Program-made: the position numbers and the translations under genes | The notes under the pieces: generated by a model | Seen by the model: the letters and a program-made list of their open reading frames with translations, nothing else | Told to the model about the DNA's origin: nothing | The model's database searches: none | In this document: piece by piece, positions 1-6,458 of the stretch | Layout: each line of letters starts with the position of its first letter | Position numbering within the stretch: the stretch's first letter is position 1 | Virus record (IMG/VR): IMGVR_UViG_2778261572_000014 | DNA: 24,652 nt | Source of the DNA: a virus | Lineage: Duplodnaviria; Heunggongvirae; Uroviricota; Caudoviricetes | Strand: one strand, 5' to 3'

Positions 1-252
1 TTACCATATTTCGTCACCCGCAGGGGTGGATTTACCCCAGACATCCTGCTCGCTAAGTTCCGCGGCGTTCATGTCACACTGTGCCAGCAGTTCATCAAGC
101 GAGTAGCGCCTGGAGATGGGTGTCAGAATCAGTTGGTTGTTGCTCACCTGCGCTTCCACGCTCTGCCCCGGCTGTAAGTTAAGTTCTTTCATTACGATAT
201 TGGGAATGACCATACCTGCACTGTTCCCCCATCTTTTTATGGTAATACGCAT
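1..252 (-). CDS. chpS: MazE/ChpS-family antitoxin (AbrB-fold); most likely chromosomal ChpS (ChpBI)
   Basis: Minus-strand ORF with stop at 1-3. ATG at 252-250 sits 5 nt after AAGGAGG; the ORF track starts 2 codons earlier at a GTG. Product MRITIKRWGNSAGMVIPN... carries the KRWGNS signature of MazE-like antitoxins and matches my recollection of E. coli ChpS. Partner toxin would lie off-window. Confidence 0.8.
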   Translation of the reverse strand: MRITIKRWGNSAGMVIPNIVMKELNLQPGQSVEAQVSNNQLILTPISRRYSLDELLAQCDMNAAELSEQDVWGKSTPAGDEIW

Positions 253-457
253 CTGCACCTCCTTAAGTTATACAAAGTATAACTCACGGTGCTACAGGAA
301 ACGTTTTACCCCTGCACATTTGTGAACGCCAGCAGAGTTTTTTATGCGATTGCAGATATGGAAAGCGGCTCGGAGAGAAAAGCAAAAGATGGAAAAGTTA
401 CAAAAAAAAATCGCGAGATACATCGCATAAAACAACGCCACCCGAAGGTGACATGAA

Positions 458-480
458 GGAGGCCGAGCACACTGGCCTCC
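458..480 (-). terminator. Stem-loop GGAGGCC-N9-GGCCTCC downstream of int; weak terminator candidate
   Basis: Perfect 7-bp inverted repeat with 9-nt loop, 64 bp past the int stop on the int strand; no clean U-tract follows, so function is uncertain. Confidence 0.25.
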
Positions 481-543
481 CTTTGATATATCAATTAGTT
501 ACATTAATACACATAGTCTTAAATGGGCTTATTTAGTCCTATT

Positions 544-1539
544 TTATGGGCAATATCTGGACAACTCAGCCACAGGATTAAAGCGCACAGCATCCTGCAG
601 ATAATCCGGTGCAAAATGGGCATAAGTCATCGTCTGCTGAATAGTGCTATGCCCAAGTATTCTCTGCAAAGTGATGATATTCCCACCATTAATCATGAAG
701 TGAGTGGCAAAGGTATGCCGTAAAACATGTATCGACTGCCCTTCAGGAAGATCAGGCCTCACCTTTCTGATAGCAGCTCTGACAGCGGCATAACTTGGAT
801 AAATTAAACGACCAGTGGCCTTTGTTTTAATCATGCACTCCAGTTCTGACGATATAGGTATAACGCGACGCTTCCCATTTTTGGTTTCCATAAAAATGAC
901 TTTGCCGCTAATAACATGCTCCCCCTTGATATTTGCAACCTCACTCCATCTTCCACCTGTTGCCAGACACAACAAGACAGCTTTTAATTCATCACCAGAT
1001 AACAACTCCAGTAATCGTGGAATATCTTCATGATACAAATAAGCCATTTCAGGCTGTTTGATATTAAGTTTTTTCACATCATGAAACGGATTAGCCCCAG
1101 AATATTCCTCTGCGTCAATTAGTTTTGTGAAGAAACCACTCATCATTGCGCAATAACGATTAACCGTGGATTGTTTTATTCCGCGGTTAAGCAACAATAA
1201 CCGATAATTAATTATGTTCTTACGAGTAAGTTGGTCGCTGCGTGTAACATTAATACTCTCAAGATCACTAATGACCGCAGAAATACGCACTCGCTCCATC
1301 GCACCGTAAGGATGATTTTTCCCGTGGTATAGCCACCAACAATCCAGCAACTCCCTCAGCGAGCGCCGTTCTGTTGGCTTATCAACCCAGTCTTTGTCGT
1401 GGTAATGCTGCAATACATGACGCTCATACAAAACAGCCTCACCACGAGTATCAAATCGCCGCCTGAATCTTTTTCCTTCTGATCCAGCTGGCCGCACGTC
1501 CACACAGAATTTGCCATTAGCGAGCTTCTTAATCGACAT
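544..1539 (-). CDS. int: Tyrosine integrase, P2 Int family
   Basis: 331 aa from ATG 1539, which has GGAGGG 7 nt upstream; the ORF track's upstream ATG at 1575 lacks an SD. N-terminus MSIKKLANGKFCVDVRPAGSEGKRFRRRFD parallels P2 Int; C-terminal HVLRHTFATHFMINGGNIITLQRILGHSTIQQTMTYAHFAP carries the R..H-R-H..Y catalytic box. Confidence 0.9.
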   Translation of the reverse strand: MSIKKLANGKFCVDVRPAGSEGKRFRRRFDTRGEAVLYERHVLQHYHDKDWVDKPTERRSLRELLDCWWLYHGKNHPYGAMERVRISAVISDLESINVTRSDQLTRKNIINYRLLLLNRGIKQSTVNRYCAMMSGFFTKLIDAEEYSGANPFHDVKKLNIKQPEMAYLYHEDIPRLLELLSGDELKAVLLCLATGGRWSEVANIKGEHVISGKVIFMETKNGKRRVIPISSELECMIKTKATGRLIYPSYAAVRAAIRKVRPDLPEGQSIHVLRHTFATHFMINGGNIITLQRILGHSTIQQTMTYAHFAPDYLQDAVRFNPVAELSRYCP

Positions 1540-1605
1540 AAGGAAGCCCTCCAATGAAAACATCATCTTGATCACAGCTCTGGGAAATAAATGCCTGGTG
1601 AACCG

Positions 1606-1905
1606 TTAACCAGTCTTCTTGCCGGAGCGGGATGATTCCGCTTCGCCTTGCCCAATGTGTGCGAGAGCCGGTACAACCTGCCCGGCCTTGGGTTCAACTT
1701 CATCAAACAAAAACCAGTCGCGGTACTTACGGAACATGGGGGCTTTCAGAAGCTTTTTTGTTGACTCAAGGTTGGGTTCATTTCGTCCTTGCTCATATTG
1801 CCTTAATGCAGCAAGAGTAAGCCCAGTAATCTCTGCCATTTTTTCTTGTGTAAGCATTTCTGACTTCCGCATGATGCGAATTTTCATAGCTACGGTAGTT
1901 GACAT
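1606..1905 (-). CDS. C: Immunity repressor, P2 C family
   Basis: 99 aa, the same length as P2 C. MSTTVAMKIRIMRKSEMLTQEKMAEITGL... and C-terminal PALAHIGQGE...SGKKTG align with remembered P2 C (IVLMRKSEYL...PALAHFGQNE...SGQKTG). Divergent from cox as in P2. No SD before the ATG. Confidence 0.85.
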   Translation of the reverse strand: MSTTVAMKIRIMRKSEMLTQEKMAEITGLTLAALRQYEQGRNEPNLESTKKLLKAPMFRKYRDWFLFDEVEPKAGQVVPALAHIGQGEAESSRSGKKTG

Positions 1906-2013
1906 AGTAAGTTAACTCACTTAGTTTATACATCAATTAACACACAACGAATTGCGCTAACTAGTTCTAAATGGTGCTAGTTAGAAGAAAGCACCAATAG
2001 CGGAGGATATCAG
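1906..2013. promoter_or_regulatory. C/cox divergent switch region (Pe/Pc-type promoters and operator)
   Basis: 108-bp gap between divergent C and cox starts. Contains inverted repeat CTAACTAG (1957-1964) / CTAGTTAG (1977-1984) and SD GGAGGA at 2002-2007 for the rightward gene. Confidence 0.5.
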
Positions 2014-2439
2014 ATGCAAGAAAGCACTCAAAACGCGCCTGAGTCACTTTGCGGAACACGATGCGATCGCCTGTCAGAAATGCCAGAGGGGGTGCATCAA
2101 AAAACAGGACGCAAAGCACGTGAACGTGAAGAAATTCGACTTTCAGAAAATCCCTCGCATCTCCTGTCAAAAGAAGGATTTGCGATGTATATCGGAAAGA
2201 CCGTTGACGCCATCGTAAGCATGGCCAAAGCAGGAAAGCTACCTGCGGTGTATATGGCGGACCCTCTTAAACCAGGCGGAAACGCTGAACTCTACATCAA
2301 CAGAAAAGCGTGGGATGAAGCATGCGATCGCCTCATCGAAAACGCACCTCAGGAATGGCACGACTGGGAAAACCGTCTGTTTTTGTTTAAGCCAACAAGT
2401 GGCAGACGAAACAGAAACATCAGCGGTAAAGCAGCATAA
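2014..2439 (+). CDS. cox: Cox-like excisionase/transcriptional switch protein (start uncertain)
   Basis: ATG 2014 has GGAGGA 6 nt upstream. Segment FAMYIGKTVDAIVSMAKAGKLPAVYMADP resembles the P2 Cox HTH region. 141 aa is long for Cox (about 90 aa); internal ATGs at 2080 and 2185 are alternatives. Confidence 0.55.
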   Translation: MQESTQNAPESLCGTRCDRLSEMPEGVHQKTGRKAREREEIRLSENPSHLLSKEGFAMYIGKTVDAIVSMAKAGKLPAVYMADPLKPGGNAELYINRKAWDEACDRLIENAPQEWHDWENRLFLFKPTSGRRNRNISGKAA

Positions 2440-2476
2440 CTCAAACCATAACTCATTTTAGGCGGAGTATTTTGAT

Positions 2477-2827
2477 ATGAAGGAACGGCGCAATTCTTCA
2501 CAGCAGCGCTTCCGCAACGGGGCGGAACGCCACGCTAACCGTTTCGCTACCAGCGCATCACGCAGCAGCTCTCGCTACAGCCTGAGCGAAACACACGCAA
2601 CACCTGATGGCCATCCCGTAAAACAAATTGGCGAACACACCTGGCTGATTGAAAAAGCTGGAATCGTGGTCCACAAATGCCCACGCAATCCGTTTACCGG
2701 AAACCGCATTTTTGCACTGTTCAACGGCGACAATCAGTTCGGACAGGATTTCACATTGTACGAAGCACTACGCACGGTTGATCGTCTGCTGCGTGGACAG
2801 AGTTTTATTAAACAGGCTGATTTATAA
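2477..2827 (+). CDS. Hypothetical early protein (116 aa), R/S-rich N-terminal half
   Basis: ATG 2477 with GGCGGAG 9 nt upstream, co-oriented in the early operon. No family recognised. Confidence 0.5.
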   Translation: MKERRNSSQQRFRNGAERHANRFATSASRSSSRYSLSETHATPDGHPVKQIGEHTWLIEKAGIVVHKCPRNPFTGNRIFALFNGDNQFGQDFTLYEALRTVDRLLRGQSFIKQADL

Positions 2828-2837
2828 CAGGTGCTTT

Positions 2838-3116
2838 ATGACTAAAGACCATACTCAAGGTGTATTTATCCGCTTTATTGATTCTCGCGGTGAACTGTTA
2901 TTGCGTGCATCAGCTATTAATGGTGTGGCCCAGGCAAAAGACGCAACCACTCATATTTATTTGGACAGCGCCGCACAACTGATCGTGGAGCTTCCGTACC
3001 AGACTGTACGTGAAGTCATTAGCGAAGCTGAAAAGGCACGTCAGATTAATAGCGATGAACCATACATCGAAATTATCTGCATGGATTCAGAAGCTGAAAT
3101 TAAGAAAGCAGATTAA
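2838..3116 (+). CDS. Hypothetical early protein (92 aa)
   Basis: ORF beginning MTKDHTQGVFIRF. The longer track ORF from 2649 overlaps the previous gene by 180 nt in another frame, so the internal ATG 2838 is preferred. Confidence 0.45.
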   Translation: MTKDHTQGVFIRFIDSRGELLLRASAINGVAQAKDATTHIYLDSAAQLIVELPYQTVREVISEAEKARQINSDEPYIEIICMDSEAEIKKAD

Positions 3117-3127
3117 AGGGCGTTGTG

Positions 3128-3370
3128 ATGGGCAAAGAATATAAAACTCTCATTAACAAAGCACTTGAGCGTTTTTATTTTCGCTTAAGCGCATCAGGCG
3201 CTCATGCTGAACGTGCAGCCCGTGACTCATTGACCAGGGCAATCCGGAGTCTGTATGACGTGGCTTTTTACGCTGATGATCTGGATGCACTTAACGAACT
3301 TTCCGAGCTTATCTGCGCAGCAGAATGCGGGGAACATATTGAACCGTATAAGCTGGGGAATATCGCATGA
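3128..3370 (+). CDS. Hypothetical early protein (80 aa)
   Basis: ATG 3128; the track start at 3125 is a GTG one codon upstream. Stop overlaps the next small ORF (ATGA at 3367-3370). Confidence 0.5.
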   Translation: MGKEYKTLINKALERFYFRLSASGAHAERAARDSLTRAIRSLYDVAFYADDLDALNELSELICAAECGEHIEPYKLGNIA

Positions 3371-3480
3371 ATATATTTATTTCGTGGCTTGTTCTGATTT
3401 TTTCGGTGGTTTGCGCAATTGGTATTATGCGAATTATTCATTCAGTAAAAAAGATTGAACGTTTTTTCACTGGCGAATAA
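3367..3480 (+). CDS. Small hydrophobic peptide (37 aa), predicted single-pass membrane peptide
   Basis: MNIFISWLVLIFSVVCAIGIMRIIHSVKKIERFFTGE: one hydrophobic helix followed by a basic tail. Translationally coupled to the upstream ORF by ATGA overlap. Below the ORF-track size cutoff. Confidence 0.3.
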   Translation: MNIFISWLVLIFSVVCAIGIMRIIHSVKKIERFFTGE

Positions 3481-3573
3481 CAGCATAAACAAAACACAAG
3501 ATTAAATACGAAAACATGAAAACCATCCGCATTCGCGGAGGCGTTCGCACACGTAAATAACGGAGATACAAAA

Positions 3574-3948
3574 ATGTACGCAAAAGAAGAAGGCATTATT
3601 CACAACCTGAATGAAATCGCAGATATGCAAGGTGAAGTAGCAAAAGAAGCCATGGCGAATGGCCACATGGACACCGCAACTCTCTCATTAATAATCGCCA
3701 AAACTGCTACTGAAGCCGCTGAAATCATCGAAAAACAGGCTGCCGAGCTGGAAGTTATCAGGGCACAGCAAACAAAAGAAAATTCGCCAGCCACCAATAT
3801 CGGCAAGCGAGTTCGCCTCGCTGTTGCTGACGACAAAATTTACATCATCGTAGCCGAGTCTAAAGACCAGGAGAAACTCTTAATTAAGGAGATCTCCGCC
3901 AACCCCGCTCTGGAAGCTAATAAAAAAGAAGTCCGCTTCATTGACTGA
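3574..3948 (+). CDS. Hypothetical early protein (124 aa), acidic, helical-looking
   Basis: ATG 3574 with GGAGA 7 nt upstream; the antisense ORF 3600-3836 is rejected. Confidence 0.55.
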   Translation: MYAKEEGIIHNLNEIADMQGEVAKEAMANGHMDTATLSLIIAKTATEAAEIIEKQAAELEVIRAQQTKENSPATNIGKRVRLAVADDKIYIIVAESKDQEKLLIKEISANPALEANKKEVRFID

Positions 3949-3960
3949 CGGAATAACGCA

Positions 3961-4287
3961 ATGGAGAGACTGAAATACATCGTGGCCCTGCTGGGCCACA
4001 TCATCAGGACCGCAACCGGCTTTTACTATCGCCCGTTCAGTGCGTCATGGGATGGGGCATTAGAACAACTACTGGGTGAAGGTTCACTCGTAACCGTGAA
4101 TCGGCATAACGCGATTTTTTATTACGGCGAGAACTTCTTTGAGGTGTGGGTAGCTAACCGCTGGTATGGCTACGGCTGGCTTAACCGCGTTAATGGTTCT
4201 GACGCCAACAATCGAACTCGCCCACGCTTTCGCACCATGTACCGCCTGCATCAAATGGTGCAGGCCTTCCAGGCTAAGGAAACGTAA
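3961..4287 (+). CDS. Hypothetical early protein (108 aa), aromatic-rich
   Basis: ATG 3961, co-oriented. No family recognised. Confidence 0.5.
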   Translation: MERLKYIVALLGHIIRTATGFYYRPFSASWDGALEQLLGEGSLVTVNRHNAIFYYGENFFEVWVANRWYGYGWLNRVNGSDANNRTRPRFRTMYRLHQMVQAFQAKET

Positions 4288-4490
4288 TGGCAATTAAGAA
4301 ATTTACCGTCATTCGTTTCACCTCCAGAGGGCGTGAATACGAAGTTGACGAACGGCTGATTAAAACGCTCGACCGTCACCGTTCGCAACCTGACGCGCAT
4401 CACATTTATCTCATAGACGACACATACTTCTGCGCCACGAATGTGGTGCAAGTGAACCTTATCCGACAGATACAGGAGTCACGAAGATGA
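4287..4490 (+). CDS. Hypothetical early protein (67 aa)
   Basis: ATG overlaps the preceding stop (TAATG), AAGGA upstream. Stop overlaps the next start (ATGA at 4487-4490). Confidence 0.5.
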   Translation: MAIKKFTVIRFTSRGREYEVDERLIKTLDRHRSQPDAHHIYLIDDTYFCATNVVQVNLIRQIQESRR

Positions 4491-4786
4491 CCATTCTGGA
4501 CTATATCGCCGCCAATCCGGGGTGTAGTGGCGGAGAAATCGCCGCAGCACTGAATACCCCAACCACAGCTATTAATGCGGAGTTACGCCGACTCTGGCGC
4601 AGCGGCTTAGTCATCAGAGAAGAACGCAAAACAGGTGGTCGGTTCTCTTACCAGGTAAACCCGATGCCGTTCGGGTGTGGCAACCCACTAACCCTCATGT
4701 TTAACCAGCTACTGAAGGAAGCCAGAGCATGCACAAAGCCTTTGAACGATGGATGCGCCAGCGTTATGGCAATCGCTACGACCTGA
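4487..4786 (+). CDS. Winged-helix DNA-binding protein (99 aa)
   Basis: ATG 4487 with CAGGAG 9 nt upstream. LDYIAANPGCSGGEIAAALNTPTTAINAELRRLWRSGLVIREERKTGGRFSY has the helix-turn-helix-wing pattern of MarR/wHTH domains. Confidence 0.55.
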   Translation: MTILDYIAANPGCSGGEIAAALNTPTTAINAELRRLWRSGLVIREERKTGGRFSYQVNPMPFGCGNPLTLMFNQLLKEARACTKPLNDGCASVMAIATT

Positions 4787-4876
4787 CGAGAGATACCGAT
4801 GGCTACTACTGTCGCGAAATTGTGAAACGAATGTTTGAAGTGTGGTGCCACCGCCGCGGTTTATACGCCGTGTAAA
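4730..4876 (+). CDS. Possible small overlapping ORF (48 aa)
   Basis: ATG 4730 with AAGGAAG 8 nt upstream; MHKAFERWMRQRYGNRYDLTRDTDGYYCREIVKRMFEVWCHRRGLYAV. Overlaps the 3' end of the previous gene in another frame. Confidence 0.25.
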
Positions 4877-4902
4877 GCACCACCACTAACGGGGTAAGAA
4901 AT

Positions 4903-5463
4903 ATGCACAACTTCAAACTCAAACCAATGGGTACACCTGGCGTGGCTCCGGCACATGTAAAGCCATGGACACAACAGGAAGATGAAATGCTTATCTCGCT
5001 TTATCCGGAGTGCAACACGCACCAGATAACTGAACGAATTCAACGAACCCATGACGCAGTTATGCACCGACTTAGTTTTTTACGTGATCGTGGATTGATT
5101 GGCCGCAAGAAAAAGACACTGAGTGCAAAAGAGATCGCCTTTCTCATCGAAAACCGCCGCGCCAGAACAGCGCGGGAACTGGCCGCCGAGGCGGGATGCA
5201 CCCCTCGCACCGTACAAGCACACCTGAATAAACGTGGTTACAGCCTACAAAAATGCGGGGAACTCCATCACCTGACCAAATACAGCGATCACCTGGTAGA
5301 ACTGGTGACTGAACTACATGATGAGCAGCACATGACGTTCGCCATGATAGCAAAACACATTAATCACACACTGCAAATAAAAATCACCACTCGCACAGCA
5401 CGTTCTCTTTACGGTCGCCGAGTCGCTGCTGACGCCGTACTGTACGAGCTATTACCAAACTGA
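4903..5463 (+). CDS. Putative DNA-binding early protein with two HTH-like segments (186 aa)
   Basis: ATG 4903. HTH-like stretches THQITERIQRTHDAVMHRLSFL and TARELAAEAGCTPRTVQAHLNKRG. Confidence 0.5.
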   Translation: MHNFKLKPMGTPGVAPAHVKPWTQQEDEMLISLYPECNTHQITERIQRTHDAVMHRLSFLRDRGLIGRKKKTLSAKEIAFLIENRRARTARELAAEAGCTPRTVQAHLNKRGYSLQKCGELHHLTKYSDHLVELVTELHDEQHMTFAMIAKHINHTLQIKITTRTARSLYGRRVAADAVLYELLPN

Positions 5464-5583
5464 GTGATCATAATGCACACACAAAAAAACCGCTTGCCAT
5501 GCCGCAATCAGTCAGGTTACATTTCCGCTGCACCTCATAAAACGGGTGCCGGGTTTCGCAGCCTGCTGACTACAAGAGCGCAC

Positions 5584-5604
5584 AACCGCGCCAGCGGTTT
5601 TTTT
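5584..5604 (+). terminator. Intrinsic terminator candidate inside the early operon
   Basis: AACCGC-GCCA-GCGGTT stem-loop followed by a T-run (TTTTTTT through 5604), about 120 bp after the 4903-5463 ORF. Confidence 0.45.
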
Positions 5605-5783
5605 GTGCGTACTGTATTGCCACGTTTTTTTCGCGTCAGAATTATGGCGGGGCGTACGGGGCCGACTTCGGTCGGGCCGGGATCTCTTGTAGCCGGTACT
5701 GCGAACCTCGTACGTCTCGCCACCCACAGTTTCGCAGCTCTGGATGGTGAGTTTTCACAACTTACTACAAGAGGCCACATATC

Positions 5784-6014
5784 ATGGCAAACCGCAAACA
5801 GCACCGCACTATCGCGGAGCGTCGTCACATCCAGACTGAAATCAACCGCAGACTTTCCCGCGCATTCCGCGTCGCTAAAATCATGCACATCAATATGCTG
5901 CATGAGCGTAGCTGCGAACTTTCAAACCTCTATTCATCCGCTGTTTTCAGCTATCTGGCGGATGATCTGCGCGAGCTTCAACAGCTCATCCAGCAGCAAA
6001 ACAAACTCCATTAA
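5784..6014 (+). CDS. Hypothetical early protein (76 aa), basic
   Basis: ATG 5784 with AAGAGG 9 nt upstream. Balanced composition, unlike the overlapping S/T/R-rich 5464-6090 frame, which is rejected. Confidence 0.5.
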   Translation: MANRKQHRTIAERRHIQTEINRRLSRAFRVAKIMHINMLHERSCELSNLYSSAVFSYLADDLRELQQLIQQQNKLH

Positions 6015-6086
6015 TTCCTGTTCCGGGCCTTTCCTGCACCTTGCGGCGGGAGGCCTTCGCACATCTGTAACAAGAGGATTGCCGCA

Positions 6087-6452
6087 ATGATTCTCGCCAA
6101 CGACTTTCTTGAATACCTGCTCAACACAGAACGTGATCTTGCCGCTCGCGTGCGTGATCGTTATGACATGTACCTGAAATCCCTGCCTGTACCGCAGCTC
6201 GCTGACGGAAAGATTGTTATTGATGGTCGCTACATGATTGACAGCCACGAGGGAAATTACAGGCTTTACCGCATTGAAGGTGGCACCCCGTCCGTTATTG
6301 GCATTTACCAGCGCCCATCCTCTGCAATTGTCGATGTGATTGCCGACAGCATCCGCATCACACATCGCCATGCCGACACAGAAGACACCGTGCTGGAAAT
6401 TCAGCGGCTGGCTGCCGTCTGCCGCGACACCCTGAATGGCATGACGAAGTAA
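6087..6452 (+). CDS. Hypothetical early protein (121 aa), immediately upstream of A
   Basis: ATG 6087 with AAGAGG 9 nt upstream. Confidence 0.5.
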   Translation: MILANDFLEYLLNTERDLAARVRDRYDMYLKSLPVPQLADGKIVIDGRYMIDSHEGNYRLYRIEGGTPSVIGIYQRPSSAIVDVIADSIRITHRHADTEDTVLEIQRLAAVCRDTLNGMTK

Positions 6453-6458
6453 ATCACT

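Noticed and set aside
116-325. 69-aa plus-strand ORF
   Set aside because: Antisense to chpS and cysteine/leucine-rich; no support.
2649-3116. Long form (155 aa) of the 2838-3116 ORF
   Set aside because: It would overlap the preceding gene by about 180 nt in another frame; the internal ATG at 2838 gives a compact non-overlapping arrangement.
5610-5625. LexA (SOS) box: TACTGTAT half-site
   Set aside because: Only the left half matches the CTGT-N8-ACAG consensus; the right half (TGCCACGT) has no ACAG.
5645-5726. tRNA-like element: a 7-bp acceptor-like pairing (TGGCGGG / CTCGCCA) ending in a CCA 3' end
   Set aside because: No D-arm or anticodon arm can be folded; the internal hairpin is 7 bp with a 4-nt loop rather than an anticodon stem-loop, and the element is 82 nt long. 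Treated as part of the structured non-coding island, not a tRNA.
5464-6090. 208-aa plus-strand ORF from the track
   Set aside because: S/T/R/A-rich junk-like composition with no SD; it overlaps the better-supported 5784-6014 ORF in another frame.
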